From the human T2T-CHM13v2.0 reference genome, Homo sapiens, in the NCBI RefSeq assembly GCF_009914755.1, contig NC_060939.1: DNA of 64,000 nucleotides; one strand, written 5' to 3'. Below the pieces are notes generated by a model. It saw only the letters and a program-made list of their open reading frames with translations, did no database searches and was not told where the DNA came from. The translations under genes were made by a program, and so were the position numbers. Below, one piece after another: positions 14,509 through 30,507 of this stretch (its first letter is position 1; each line of letters begins with the position of its first letter).

Positions 14509-15433
14509 AAAATCCAAGCTTTCAAATGCCTTGGGTACCTGCTATGCAGGATATTAGCTATATTCTTCCCTGTAATTTTATCCCTTCCTCAGGAAGCTCT
14601 GCAATAAGAGTTACCTGTTTCTTTTCTCCCTACAACTGGCTGGTTATATATAAAAATGTGAAATTAAACAATTTTTTCAAGCCTCAATACTCGTTTCAAG
14701 TCAAGAAAAGACCCCCCATCTAAGGTTCTATTCAAAAGTAGATATAGTAAATGTTGTTATTCCTTGTATTTGTACTATTGAGGTTGTTCCAGGAAACAAG
14801 AAAGGTCTAAAAAATAAAGGAGTACTGAGACTTATTCTGGGAGAGGTTTACCATTCCTAAGTATATCCTGTAAGTCAATTTATAAGTCTAACCTTATAAC
14901 CTGCATCCACAATCCTCATAATCTGCAATTGCTGTTAACCTCTCTTTTTACTGAGTTCTATTTTCTTTTTTTTTTTATCAAAGACATGAAGCATTGGCAG
15001 ATACAAATGCTTCTTTCCTTGACTAACTGAACATATGTATTTATTAGGGTGAGGAATAAACTAATAATGCTGCAATTATCTTGCTTATGACAATACATTC
15101 TGCCCTGAGGCACAGCACAAAGAACAAGAAAACTTGAGAACAATCCCTGAAACCTAACCAAGAATTGAATTACAATAAAGAAAACAGCAGAGGTGGATGG
15201 GACAAAAAAAAAAAAAGGATAGAACTATGGAAATATATACATATATAAAACCACTTCTGTTTCCAAGTTTCATGTGGGGGTAAATGATAGGTGACATCCT
15301 GTCAATGAGCTGCTAAATCCACATTACAGTACATATCTTGCAGCAAAAGGGAAATCAGAGAAATACGACTATCCTAACTTTGAAGCTGTATCTTGGCACT
15401 GAAATAGGAGTTTTGCAAAAAGTTACAGTTTTT

Positions 15434-15733
15434 GGCTGGGCTTGGTGGCTCACTCCTGTAATCCCAGCCCTTTGAGAGGCTGTGAGCATTGCTTAAGTCC
15501 AGGAGTTTGAGACCAGCCTGAGCAACATGGTGAAACCCCGTCTTTACAAAAAACACAAAAATTAGTCAGGTGTGGTGGCATGCGCCTGTAGTCCCAGCTA
15601 CTTGGAGGCTGAGGGAGGAGGATAGCTTGAGCCCGGGAGGCAGAGGTTGCAGTGATGCAGTGAACCAAGACTGCGCCACTGCACTCCAGCCTGGGCAACA
15701 GAGCAAGACTTCATCTCAAAAGAAAAAAAAAAA
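15434..15733 (+). mobile_element. Alu (AluJ-like)
   Basis: Dimer with A tail. Confidence 0.9.
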
Positions 15734-17019
15734 GTTAGCTTTGAATTTATCTCATGTTATAATAATTTATAGCTCATTTAAAAAACAATTACATTCTAAT
15801 TAAAGACTGAAGGAAGAGTAGGTAAATTGGTCCCAGAGAAGTTGATAGTGAACCCTTCCAACTTTTTACTATAAAATCACCACACATAACATAGCTCCTA
15901 CTCTGAGTCCAATCAGAAAACGAGAGGGGCAGGTACAGAAGCTGAAATCACTCTTGTGAACCATAACTTATTCACAGATGCTGCTACAGCAAACAAAAGG
16001 TAGATAAGGTAAACAAAATAACATAAAATGCAAAAAACCCTCTCCCTTCCTTCCCACTCTGCTCAAGGTAAAATGGCAAAACCAAGTCTTAAGGGTAGCA
16101 CAGTGTTCAAATGGACTCGAAACCACTGCTAGTACGTTAAAATAGCAGATTTCTATAGGGACTCTTGGTATTATCTCAAATCACAGAACCTACGAGTTAA
16201 ACATTCAGCCCCTAATGGCACTATAATTGTTTAATCACAAATTTCTGTCCCTTGAAACACTTGGTGCTTCTTCCACAGCCTTCTAAGTTATTAATCTGAA
16301 TACAGTAAATGTTTGTGTTTAATATTCTTGCAAACAGAAAATGGAAAGAAAGCATGGGGCTCTGGGCAACATAGAAATGTTTTGAGAGTATCAAAGCAGT
16401 AGGAGTAGAAAGGGTAAATATAATGTAGATAATTTTCATTCTTTAACTAGATTTAAGTGCAATATACAATATACTTAATAACATTTAACATGTTTTGAAT
16501 TGTTCTGATGTATTTTGGGGAAGAAATGAACAAAGACATTTTGTCAACAGCTTCTGTAGGAGATGCCATGGAGTGCCCCTCCTATTAAAGGTGAGATAAA
16601 CCATACCAGAGTGACAGTACCTCAAAAAGAAGAGGTACAAGATTAGTAGAAGTTAACCTGGATACAAGTACTAGTCAGACGGGATAGAGAAGCTAATGGA
16701 GAGGTGGAGGAAACATATCATATGGGAAATACAAAAACAGGGGAAAAAGAAAGTGGTAACATATCAGCTATTCTTCAATTTGCCATAGTTCCTGAACCTT
16801 CCAACTGCTTCACTCCCTGCTCATCTGAGCTTCAACTTCATCTTTCTCTCAAAAGTTCTTCTCCTTTAGTGATCTAAGATTCATGTTTGTACCTAGTCCT
16901 ATCATCTCCTGATCCTTTTTCCCTCCGCTTCTACCCTGTATTCTTTACCAGTTTAAAGAAACCGAGGAATGACATTTTGAGTATAATGTCATAATTCCAG
17001 TTTCTCTAGAATAAGTTAT

Positions 17020-17830
17020 GAGTTCATTCAATAAAATATTTGAGCACCAACCAAATGACAGTCACCATTATAGGTTCTAAGATTATAACAACGAATAACA
17101 CAAAGTCCTGCTCTCATGGAGCTTACAATTTACTTGGGGGGAGGGGTGGGGTGAAGAGGAGCAATAAATAATAGATCACATGGTGACATATGCAAAGAAA
17201 AAGAGCAAAGAAGAAATTTAAGTGACGATGGGAAGAATGCTATTTTATATCAGGTGGTCATGGGAAGGCCATCCTGATAAGTGGTGCCATTGAGCAGAGA
17301 CCTGAATCAAATGAAGAAAAAATCCATATGGTTATCAGAGAAGAGCTTCTGAGGCAGAGGAAACAGCAGGTGCAAGCCTTTACACAGGATTGTGCTTGGG
17401 ATGACTTGAGGAACAGCAAGAAGGCCAGTGATGGAGCAAATAAAAACAGCAGCAAAGGATGAGCTTACATAGGGATCTGTAGGTCATGGTAAGAATTTTG
17501 GATTTTACTAAGGGAGATGGGGACCACTAGAAGATATGGAGCAAAAGAATGGCATAATCTGACTTACATTTTAAAAGGATCACTCTGCTACTTGTGGAAA
17601 ACTGTAGCAGGGTAAGGATGAAAGTAAGGAGACCAGTTAAGAGGCTATCTCAATAATCCAGGTAAGAAATCATGGTGCCTTGGACCAGAGTAGCAGAGGT
17701 AGAAATGGTAAGCACAGTCATACTGGATGTAAAGCCATGTGGATTTGCCAATGGATTATTTGTGGGGTAATAGACAATGAGAAGAGTTAAGCATAATGCT
17801 AACGTTTTGGCCCTAGTCAATGGAAGAGAA
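17020..17830 (-). mobile_element. L2 3' fragment
   Basis: ttcattcaataaaatatttgagcacc...gtcctgctctcatggagcttaca...atctgacttacattttaaaaggatcactctg, typical of L2a. Confidence 0.75.
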
Positions 17831-17918
17831 ACTCTTTATAATAAACAGGAGAATTTTAAAACTCCAAAGTAAACACTAATCCTTTGTGGAAAAGTCAATC
17901 TATTAATAATGCAGCCCT

Positions 17919-18518
<600 letters not shown>

Positions 18519-19106
18519 CTAAAAAGAGGAAGAAATTTTTAGTTTATCTTAATATTAACACATTATTTTCTAATGATGCCCAATGTGTAAGTATTGAATT
18601 AATTTTATACTATATGCATAAAAAACATTTCCCCAAGGATACCACCATTTCTCAATGTCATTTTTCAGTCTTTAAAAAAAACAAGTTGTAAGATGCCTAC
18701 ATAAGGATAAGCAAGCTTAAAGTTCCTTCATCAGCAAAATAAAGAGCCACTTCTTGATTATTATATAGTTTCTGAAATATTTTTTCCCCTGAATAACCAA
18801 CCTATGGTAAAAATAATCCGTAAGTGTATCAGTAAGTCAAGAAATCAAGCTATTCATAATAATGAAACCACAACTGTATGATTTACCCCTAAAAGAAACA
18901 AGATTGCAGTGATAATACCTACTGACCATCATGTTGGTGGTTCTTCTGCCAGAACCATCCTAGTTTTTCAGGACAATGGCCCTGCTCCATAGACAGCTTG
19001 ATTGGAAAAAACATCAGGATAACCGTTTTGAAACACTTGCTTGTGCTGCCTAATGCTAACTGATAGGATAATTAAGTATTCAAAACACATTTCTGAGATA
19101 AAATCA

Positions 19107-19448
<342 letters not shown>

Positions 19449-20407
19449 TTATATAAAACCAGGGGTTGAAGAGAGGAGGAAGGAGGAGTCAAAATCAAGT
19501 GTATAGCAGAATATAATCATTACTTTCTTTCAGATGAAAGCTAAAATTTCTATAGAATCAACATAAAAGAAGAATGCAACCTAATATTGGTTAATGACCC
19601 CAATTCTGTAGTTGCTAAGCTTTCGTTAGTCATGAAATCTGAGGGAAACCTAACGTAGATGTGTTCTAATTATTAATCTTTGGTTCTGTAATCTAATTTT
19701 TCTATTCCCCAAGTCTAAATTTCATTATTGTAACACGGTTTAAAACCAGCTAGGATGGTAATCTACACATGGCAAAGTCATCTAGCACTAAATATAATTA
19801 TGTTAATAAGAATACTTTCCTTATGTGCACTATACAACAGCTGTTTATACTAATGTTAACTTAATCAGCTTTATAACAAATCAAAATAAATAAAACAAAA
19901 TGGATTTATATAATTTTATGAGACTTTCTATTACATGAGTTCAATTCTTAGTGGAAAAAAAACAAGGCAGAAGGGAAAACTGGAATAAAACAACTATTTT
20001 GTGGAGCAGTATAAACAAGAGTGTTACACAGTTCCAGGACATTCAACCTAATAATGAGGATTACAAAATACACATGGATTGGTATAATGGAAATTATTAT
20101 CTTATGAGTCATAAGATATAGATTATTTCCTTCTCAGCTTTAAGTCATTACAAAGGGCAAGTTTATATCAAATTAAGAATAGTACCTGGAAACAAACACA
20201 AAAAGACAAGAATAGTTTTATAGTTATTTCTAAATCCAAATACAGGTAACAAATTTCTTTATGAGATATTTATGAAAAATTCTGTTACAGTCTCATAAAA
20301 GCATAGGAGTGAAGAAAGGTATGCTGTGTATAATAAGTTACTCGAAAGCTCAAAAATACATTAACACAAGATGAATTTTTCAATAATCAAGAGTGGCTTT
20401 GTAATGT

Positions 20408-20421
20408 GCGCCCTCTGGAGG
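20408..20421 (-). promoter_or_regulatory. Candidate CTCF site
   Basis: Reverse complement CCTCCAGAGGGCGC matches the CTCF core; retains a CpG in AT-rich intron. Confidence 0.55.
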
Positions 20422-23400
20422 ATAATTCCTTCCTCGTGTGAAGACCTGAGTCTGTCAGTCTTACAGATTTAAGACCTGGAATTCCATTCTGTTTAACATA
20501 TGAAAATCACTTGGAACACTTCTTTTAGGGACAAGATGAAACTAGGTAGTAAATAAGTTTCATAATTATTCATTTACTTCTTAACCCTTGTAATCTAGGC
20601 TTGACTACAAAGAAACTGATCAAGCTAAAAAAAAAGAGAAATTAGTAAAGAATGAATAAGCCAACCATACACAGAATGATGCTGTGACAGTGATGGCTTC
20701 AAACCTGGGTTTTGAAAGATAAATGGAAGTTTGCCCACTAGACAAAACAGGAGAGGATAAAGAGAATAGTACACGTAGTAACAGCATAAACAATGAAAGG
20801 TAACTATTTGTTGGAACATAAAAATCCTTATTGACTCTACCTTCAAAATAAATCTCAAATCTATCCACTCCCGAACCCCCTGCCTGCTACCACCCTACCC
20901 TACCCAACTACTTTCATCTCTCCACAAACTTTAGCAGCCTTCTCATTCTCCTTTTTAAGTTCTAATATCCTCATGGTTAAGCAGGTGAAATAATTTTCAC
21001 AAAATGTAAATTATCTTATTCCTCTCCTCAAAAATGGTTCCTATTCCTCTTAAAATCGAGAGCAAAATCAGCAAAACTTGACTCCTGTGTCCAACCTTAT
21101 CTCCTATCTAGTTCTCCCTCATTCACTTTGCTGCAGCCATCCTGGCCTTAACTCAACAAGTGCCAAATTCTCCCACTTTTATGTGCTATTTCTCTCTCTT
21201 TCCACCTCTACCTCTACCTCTCTTCATCTAGTTAACTACTGCTTATCATTTCAGATCTCAGCCTAAGGGTATTCTTTAGGGAAGACTTGGAGTAAAGAAT
21301 CACAGCTATAAAACCTACTCTATGCCTTCGGAAATCAGCTCTTTTCTAATTGTTTTATTAAGTTGGAACAAATATAAACAGATTTACCATATATGATTTA
21401 TCATACAATAACTAAAATAAAAACTTCACTTAACAGTGTTGAATAAGATAGAGGAATAGCTTGCTGAACCAGAAAATTACTTTTTTTTGCAACCCAAACC
21501 TTCAGAATGCAGCCTTGAACCTGGAAGTAAAATGAAAAGTATTTCTGATTTACATTGATCACAAAGTAAAAATTCAGAGTCCATTTATTTTTGGTTTCTT
21601 GGCTCAAAACAAATTAGAAAAAACAATTAGGTCAGGTTTCGAGAAGAGGAAAGTAGAAGCTGAAAGGTATACATGACAACAGTAGGACTAGTATTTTGGA
21701 GCTTCCCAGCAAATGAGAAACAGTATTTTAGAAAGGGAAGAGATTAACTTCAATTATCTGGAAATTACTGAACCAATTATAACATTGTTAAAAACAGGAT
21801 CCTTGACATTTCCTGTCATATGTCACACAGTGTCTTGTCATTCAGTCACGGAATACTTATAATAAGAGTAGTTACCTGTAACTTCTGGGACCTGATAGAT
21901 TTCAGATAGAGATTTCTAAACTTTAGATGTTACAACTCCAAAAAAAAAAAAAAAAAAAAAAATCACAATGACTGAGAAAAGATTTGATTCAGCCCTCTTC
22001 GTTTTGTGACTACATTCTTTTGGTTTTTCATATCATACGGATTAAGAAATGGCATGTATAATGTTTTTGCATAACTGCAATTCAACTCTTAAACAAATGT
22101 TATTGCTAAAATATATAAATACATGAGAATCGGCACAACTGATGTTCTACTGATTGACTACAAATAGACAGTTCCTTGTTATGATCTGCAACGCCATGTT
22201 CGTAGGCTTGAACCAGCCATCATGACATCACTAACCCATCATTTGCACCCCACTGAATCAATTATCACAAGCTGTGCACTACTGCAAATTATTCTTCAGT
22301 TATTACACAGGCATAATTTTTCAAACTCATGTTTTGAAGTCTTTGGAAGAACAATTCTATTGTTTAGGTGCTTCTACTATTTATACTCAAAAATCATGAT
22401 CTTTAATATATGCCAGCAATTAATTATTGCTCACAGAAATCCAAATTAACAACCCTTCCCCTCAAGGTATTCATGGTCTATTAAGGAACAGATATGCAAA
22501 CAAAACCGTAATATAATATAATATAATATAAGCAATAACAGACACACATACTAAGTCCACTGGCATCTCAAAAAGGAGTAATCAACTACTTCTGAGTTAG
22601 AGGAAGGAAAAAGATACCCAAGTCAGGTATAAAAGTATGAATAGGAATCGCCAGCAATGAGGAAGGGCAGCTGAAATAAAGCAATTAACATGCAAATGCA
22701 AGGAAGCTTGAAACAGTATGAATAGTTTGGGCTGAAGCACAGGATGTTATGTAAAGGGCTGATGAAAGATGAACTGGTATTGAACAGAGGAACAGGACAA
22801 CAGAAGTCTTACAAGGAGATGAGATCCAATAAAGAGCCTCTAAAAGATTTTACAAGGAAATAGTCAGATTTGTGTTTCTGGAAGCAATGAAGAGCCCATT
22901 GGATAATCTTAAAAGTCTGGCCAGGAGCTGTGAAGGCCTGACTCCAAGAAGCAGAATAAGGAGAAAAGTTAGGGGACACAATAAATGATGGAATAAACAC
23001 AGAAGATGTTAAACAATGTTAAGGATGTAAAATAAAAGTGCCCATATGGGCACAAGATAAAGGAAAATAAAGTTATCCATAATGACTATCAAAGGCTTGG
23101 TAACACATGATGCCATTACTCAGAATAGGAAATCTAGAAGTATTGAGTAAGTATTGCTAAACTGAATTAGTTACGTCAAATGAAAAAGAGATAATTTGTA
23201 AAAGTGTAAATGTTCTTTAACAGAAGAGAAAGTGAAATTTTAATTAGTATATAAAGAATGCTTTAAAAACAAATGAAGAGGTTAAGCAAATTATGAAAAA
23301 TAATCAAGCACTTGTTTTACAAGAACAGTTGTAAAAGGGATTAAAAATAAAAAAACCCCCTAAAGTTCAATAATAGTTCCAACCTACTCATGTCCTGTTA

Positions 23401-24139
23401 TTTCCCCCAAGCAATTTGTGATCCATCCACACAACCAAAATCTACTCTTTCTCAAACATGCCACACAATTTTAAATCTCTGCTTTGGCATAAACTGCTCT
23501 TTTTGCTAGAATTCTAAACCACTTTCCCTCCTAACAAACTTTCTGATTTTCTCCTAAGATACTCCCCTGCCCTAATACTGCTGGGAAATGTGTTCATCAA
23601 CTCATCTTAGCATCACTCTTCTTAGCAAACTAAATTTTTTTTCTCAGTCATGCTTCCATATGACATGCATCTCTCTAACATAGAGCTTTGTATGTTAAAA
23701 CAGTCCAAATTGTGAACTTCTCAGAAGCAGGAACTTTCTTATTCATCTGTGTATTCTGAGAGCCTGGGATATTACAAAACGCTTAGTGAGTGTTTGGTGA
23801 GTTAAAATAAAAGGTGGATAAACATTCCAAAATAACACAACACAGAGCAGCCAGGGTCAATTTTGACTATATCTGGAATGTCGCTACTGCTGAACAGGAT
23901 CAGTTCCATAGCTCATTTACTTACTCTTGTATTTACCGCCAATAGAAGTCCTAAGAAATGTACTTTAGGAAAACAATACTCACCATTAACAATGCTTTCT
24001 GAGTCTTGTCTAACAGCTGTACCATATGTTGGCACACTAAGAGGTACATGGCAGTTGTTTCATTATCCTTAAAAACCAGACACGATTCAAATCCTAGGTA
24101 GCCATTTATGGTTTAGCTACTGATAAAGTTATCCATTTA

Positions 24140-24510
<371 letters not shown>

Positions 24511-24804
24511 CCATTGATAATTTATTTGCAGACATTTTTCTATATTTTTCCCACCTAACAAAATTGGGATAATATGGATTATACCGTCTTTGATATTTTT
24601 TGAACTTAACATTTATATTGAATACATGTTCACTATGTACATAGCACTGGCAATCGACCATCATCTTTCTACTGATCTTTTTATTAAAAGGATGACAAAT
24701 ACGAGAGTCTGTAAGAGATCCTGTAGCTAAGACTCATTTACCTCCCCACTGCACACAAAAAAATAGACAAATAAGTAAAAATGTAGAGCATTAAAACTGC
24801 TATA

Positions 24805-25134
24805 CCATAAAAAATAATGGCAACATGGGTGGAGCTGGAGGCCATTTTTCCTACCCAACTAATGCAGGAACAGAAAACCAAATACTGCATGTTCTCTGTT
24901 ATAAGTGGGAACTAAATGATGAGAACTCATTAACACAAAGAAGGGAACAGACACTAGGGCCTGCTTGAGAGAGAAGGGTGGGAGGAGGGAGAGCAGCAGA
25001 AAAAATAACTATTGGATACTTGGCTTAGTACCTGGGTGATGAAATAATCTGTATAATAAACCCTTGTAATACGAACTTATCTATATAACTAACCTGCACA
25101 TGTACCCTTGAACCTAAAAGTTAAAAAAAATAAA
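24805..25134 (+). mobile_element. 5'-truncated L1PA (older subfamily) 3' end
   Basis: L1 3'UTR motifs; TSD taaaactgctata (24792-24804 / 25135-25147). Confidence 0.88.
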
Positions 25135-25258
25135 TAAAACTGCTATATATTAAGACAAGAAGAACAATACTAGTAAACATTTATCCCCTAATCCCAACTA
25201 TGAGCTTGACTAGGGGAATATAATGAGGCTCACAGCTGGTCATATGGTCATATATTTA

Positions 25259-25650
<392 letters not shown>

Positions 25651-26729
25651 CTACATATAACAGGACTTACTAAAGACTAATTTTTGGAATAAAGTCAATT
25701 GGTCTTAAATTCTTTCTAAAAAGATTATTAGAAGTTTCACGGTAGAACGATTGGACTGCGGAATTAAAACAGTTAGCTTATCAATGGCCTTACCAACTTA
25801 ATGAATGGCACTATGATTATTATTTAGTGTTACTGGATCAGCAAATAATCTATAAACCTGTAAAATTAGCATTGCATTAAATGTCATTTACTAGCACCAT
25901 CACCTACCACAGATTACTATGTTTAGAAATGCCTGCTTCTGCCTCTAATGAAAATCAAACAGATCTTAGAACATACATGATCATGCATGTATGTTGAATT
26001 TCTTTTATATTCGTTTCTTTTTTTTTTTTTTTAAATAACAAGTTTGTTTTATTTTAGATTCTTCTTGGGCAGAAATCATTATTTACTTTCTTGGGTAAAA
26101 ACAGTACAGTTTTAGAAACAGACTTAATTTTTCAGGTGGTATCCTAACTACCTATTTCTACCAGATTGGGGAAGAACAAAGTGATTTAGGGTGTTAAAAT
26201 ATATCATTGGACGACCAATAAAGATATGCTGAGTATCACTGTGGTCAGCAATACTCACTGCTCTTAGTTAACACTTTAACTAAAACGAGGTGATGATCAA
26301 TTTTCCAAAAAACAATACATTTTTTATAAAAATAAATCTTGAGAAAACAAGTCAATTACGCACATTTTTTAAATACTAAGAAACAGAAAAAAAAAAAAAG
26401 AAAATCCCAGACAAAATAACTATTTTAAAAAAAGAAAAACTCTTTTGGCAAAAGGTAAGCATGAAATGGTAACCTGCTTCATTAATCTTTTTTTTTTAAA
26501 TATATGATTTAAGGAAATGAAAAACAAATTACTAAATAAGTTTTATGCCACCAAAAGTTTTAACTGTTAGTAAATTGATCATAAATAATTTTACAATTAG
26601 ACACCTGATGAGAGACAGATGAGGGGAGGAAGAGCTATTTAATAGAACGCTAGGGAAAGAAAAACAAAAAACCCAACAGAAAACTCCAACATTTCATTTC
26701 ATTATGTGGTAGTGCAAAATCTTACTTTA

Positions 26730-27045
<316 letters not shown>

Positions 27046-27355
27046 TTAAAGCAATTATATATTCAACTTCATTTTACTGCTCATGTAGCGTAGGCCCTAA
27101 AAGGCTGGGAAAATATGACCAAGTTAAAACACTGTATGTTTAATAAAAAATCTTGCAAAAGTTAATCAAGTACTTCATGGGACAAAAAGATTCTCACTGC
27201 TATTGCTACATTACATTCTCAAAGATGATCATCAGCTTAATCACAGTGCTAATAAGTTATGTATCCAACAGACTATTGCTTAGGAAAGAGGTAAGCAGAA
27301 ACACTTACAAACACAAACTAATAATACAAATGCAATTTCTCAAGAGATGACATAC

Positions 27356-27476
27356 AGCTGGGCATGGTGGCACGTGCCAGTAGTCTCAGCTACTTAAGAG
27401 GCTGAGGCGGGATGATTGGTTGGGCCCAGGAGTTTGGGCCCAGCCTGAGTAACACAGCAAAATCCCATCTCTAAAA
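27356..27476 (+). mobile_element. FLAM Alu monomer
   Basis: Single monomer ending in catctctaaaa. Confidence 0.75.
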
Positions 27477-27499
27477 ATATATACATGTGTAAATAAATA

Positions 27500-28390
27500 A
27501 AGAAGACATACAAATGGCCAACACATACATGAAAAAAAAAAAGGTCAATATCACTACCAAGAAATGCAAATCAAAACCACAATTAGAATGGTTATTAATC
27601 AAAAAGACAAAAAATAATAGAATGCTGGCAAGAAAGTGGAGAAAACAGAACTCTTCTACACTTTTGATGGAGATGTAAATTAGTATAGCCATTATGGAGA
27701 TTTCTCAAAAACTAGAAGTAGAACTACCATAAGATCTTGCAATCCACTCCTGGGTTTATCCAAAGGAAAGAAAATCGGTCTATTAAAGGAATACCTGCAC
27801 TCCATGTTCATTGCAGCATTATTCATAACAGCAAAGACAGGGAATCAACCTAAGTGTCCATCAATGGATAAACGGATGAAGAAAATGTGGTATATATACA
27901 TAATGGAATATTATTTGACTATAAAAAAGAATGAAATTCTGTCAGTTTGCAGCAACATGGATCTGGAGAATTAGGTTAAGTGAAATAAGCCAGGCACAGA
28001 AAGACAAATATCACATGTTCTCACTCAGATCTGGGAGCAAAAGAAGTTGATTTCACGGTGGTAGAGAGTAGAATGATAGGAAGGGTGTTGTGGGGGGAAG
28101 AGGAGTGGGGAAGTAAGAGAAGTTGGTTAATGGTATGTACAAACCAACAGTTAGATAGAAGGAGTAAGTTCTAATGTTTGACAGCGGAGCAGGGTGACTA
28201 TGGTTAAAACGTATTTTATATTTCAAAATATCTAGAAGAGATGACTTTAAATATTCCCTAGACACAGAAATGATAAAAACACAAGGTGATGGATATCCTA
28301 AATACCGACTTGATCACTACATATCCTGTGCATGTAACGAAACCCCCCATAAATATGTACAAAATACTATGAATCAATTAAAAAAATACA
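27500..28390 (+). mobile_element. L1MA 3' fragment
   Basis: End of ORF2 and 3'UTR (gaaatgcaaatcaaaaccacaat, caacctaagtgtccatcaatggat, ataagccaggcacagaaagac). Confidence 0.88.
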
Positions 28391-29736
28391 AGCACATATA
28401 AAAGAAACATTTTGATAACAAAACACCTGTAATATAAATAAACAGGTAATAAGTAAAAATGGACAGATACATATTCTTAATGAACTGAAGTCACTGCCTA
28501 CAACTGGCTTGCACAAACTAAAATGTAAGGTAGAAACCATAACTATTAGCGAAACTACATTTAACTTTAAAAATTATAAAAATCTCTACTATGACTTTCA
28601 AATAATAGCGAGAATTTCCTTTCTCCCTTTTGCAAAGTGTGCCTTATTTTAAAATGCAAAAAACTGAAAATATATACGAAAAAGTTATAGACTAATTCAA
28701 AACAATGTATTAATATTTTGACAATCTCTGGCACTTAAAATGAGTCAGACGTCCCAAAACATCTATTTCGTAACTTTATGATAATGCAGCATCACCATAA
28801 AAGAACCATATGAAACACCCCCAAAATAAAGAAACACAGCAAAATTGACGTTAATTCTGGATCAAGATAATTTTCTGAGTTTCCACACGATGTTTTTGAA
28901 TAGCAAACGTTATTCAAACTTGCAAATCCATTAATAAATGAAGCTTTGAATCTTTAAAAATCTCCATTCGGTCAGAAAAATTCGTTTATTTCTATGCTGT
29001 TGCTGTTTTAAACTTTGTATACTGGGAAATTTCTAAGGGAAAAGCCATGGGTTCAATTATCTTTCACCCGTCCTCCAAAAACACCACAAGCAAAACCTCC
29101 TCCCCAGCTTTTCTTTATAAAGAACTGAAAAAGTGGTTCGACTACCTTTTTTTCAGTTATCTTTGCTCTGAACTCTCCCCTACACACTTACCTCGGACCA
29201 AAACTGGCCCTGGCAAGACTATTTAAGCTATGTCTCCAGGAGACTCACAAGTTGCGTTTCGCAGTCAGGCCTGGGAGCAGTAAGGACACCCCCGTTTTCT
29301 GACTTCTCCTAGCATTTCGCACCCGCTCAGTTCCAGTGTGAAGAAGTGGGGGCCCGGAACGCTGGGCCCGAAAGGGCAAAGCCAGGGCCTACACCGCAGC
29401 ATGGTCACCGAGGCGGCTAGCGCGGTGGGGAGGCAGAAGACAGAGAACCGAACGCCTGGGACCAGGGGCATCCGTGTAAACCGAAGAGGCGCTCAGACTC
29501 GGAGGGCAAGGCCCGGGGCCCCCTTCGCTGCCTCCTTTGCCCTCCCTTCCCCCATGCTGGAGAAGCAGGGCCCGGGCCCGGTGCGGGAACGGGGAGGAGG
29601 TAAACCAGTCCTGTCACCGCACTGAGAGAGGCTGTAAACGGCACATGCTCTACGGGGAGAGGCCGCGGGCGCCCCGGCCCGGACCCCGAAAACAAGACAC
29701 ATCACCACCCTCAGAGTTCCATTCCCTGCGCCTCAC

Positions 29737-29790
29737 CAGGTCGTAGTCCTCCTCATCATCGCACATGAAATCATCCTCCATGTCAGACAT
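29737..29790 (-). CDS. COPS2: COPS2 coding exon 1 (MSDMEDDFMCDDEEDYDL)
   Basis: Translation matches the CSN2 N-terminus; gccaagATG start; donor CTG|gtgagg; 54 nt. Confidence 0.98.
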
Positions 29791-30208
29791 CTTGGCCGGG
29801 AGGGGGAGGAGAAATTGGAGACAACCTCCTCCCACAATCCTCCGCGGCTCAGAGGCGTCACTCTCAGCTTCTTTCCGCCTTCCAGTCCCTCTTAGAGGAG
29901 CTGTTTCCTGCCGGAACTAATTATCTCGACTTGTAGCTGATTCGCTACGACTCCAAAAGAGACTGCACCACCCCCCGTTTCCTCCGAAGTGGTTGGTGCC
30001 TTAGCAACTAAAGCTGGCAACTGGGAAATCGTCCGGTGCTGCAGGTCTCAGCCGAAGGGCGTCGGAAACTGCGCTCGCATCGAGCAGTTTCCAGCCTCCT
30101 GGGTAAAGGAGCAGTCTCCTCCCTTGCTTGGGACTCTGGACGCATCTCATTCCGGTGAAAGTAAGGGACAGCTTAGGACCAGAAGCCTTTCGCGGAGAAA
30201 AGGCTGAC

Positions 30209-30228
30209 ATGCCCGTCCTATATGACAG
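30209..30228 (+). CDS. GALK2: GALK2 distal alternative first coding exon (MPVLYDR)
   Basis: gacATG CCC GTC CTA TAT GAC AG|gtatta; phase 2, same as the proximal exon; matches the recalled N-terminus of GALK2 isoform 2. Confidence 0.88.
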
Positions 30229-30507
30229 GTATTATTTCTGCTATCATTGTACGTGTGCATTTAGCCCACACATTGCGGTGGGTGTTCCTAAGATACTTGG
30301 AGTACTTTTCAGCAACACAGTTTACACTTAATGCTTGTTATATTTGTAGTTGACAAAACAATTCTATGGATATCCTAAATTAGGTATGCAGCTATCAGTT
30401 GAGTTGCCTTAAATCTTACTCAGTTGTTCAACGAGTTGTAAACTGACCTTTACAGCCCTTGGGACCAAATTAAGGTAACAACGACTGGTTTTTAAAAAAT
30501 ACATTAC

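Larger units (their letters stand above)
29250..30230. promoter_or_regulatory. CpG-island bidirectional promoter for COPS2 (-) and the distal GALK2 first exon (+)
   Basis: CpG/GC-rich; divergent start codons at 29790 and 30209; ETS-like ccggaa (~29911), CRE-like tgacgc (- strand, ~29855). Confidence 0.9.

Noticed and set aside
29568-29594. Four G3 runs (possible G-quadruplex)
   Set aside because: Interspersed CCC runs favour duplex or hairpin, and such motifs are common in CpG islands
29650-29736. COPS2 exon 1 read-through ORF (VRRREWNSEGG...)
   Set aside because: It is only the intronic continuation past a good gtgagg donor
29265-29746. Several overlapping ORFs in the CpG island
   Set aside because: GC-rich DNA is poor in stop codons; these lie in COPS2 intron 1 or antisense to it
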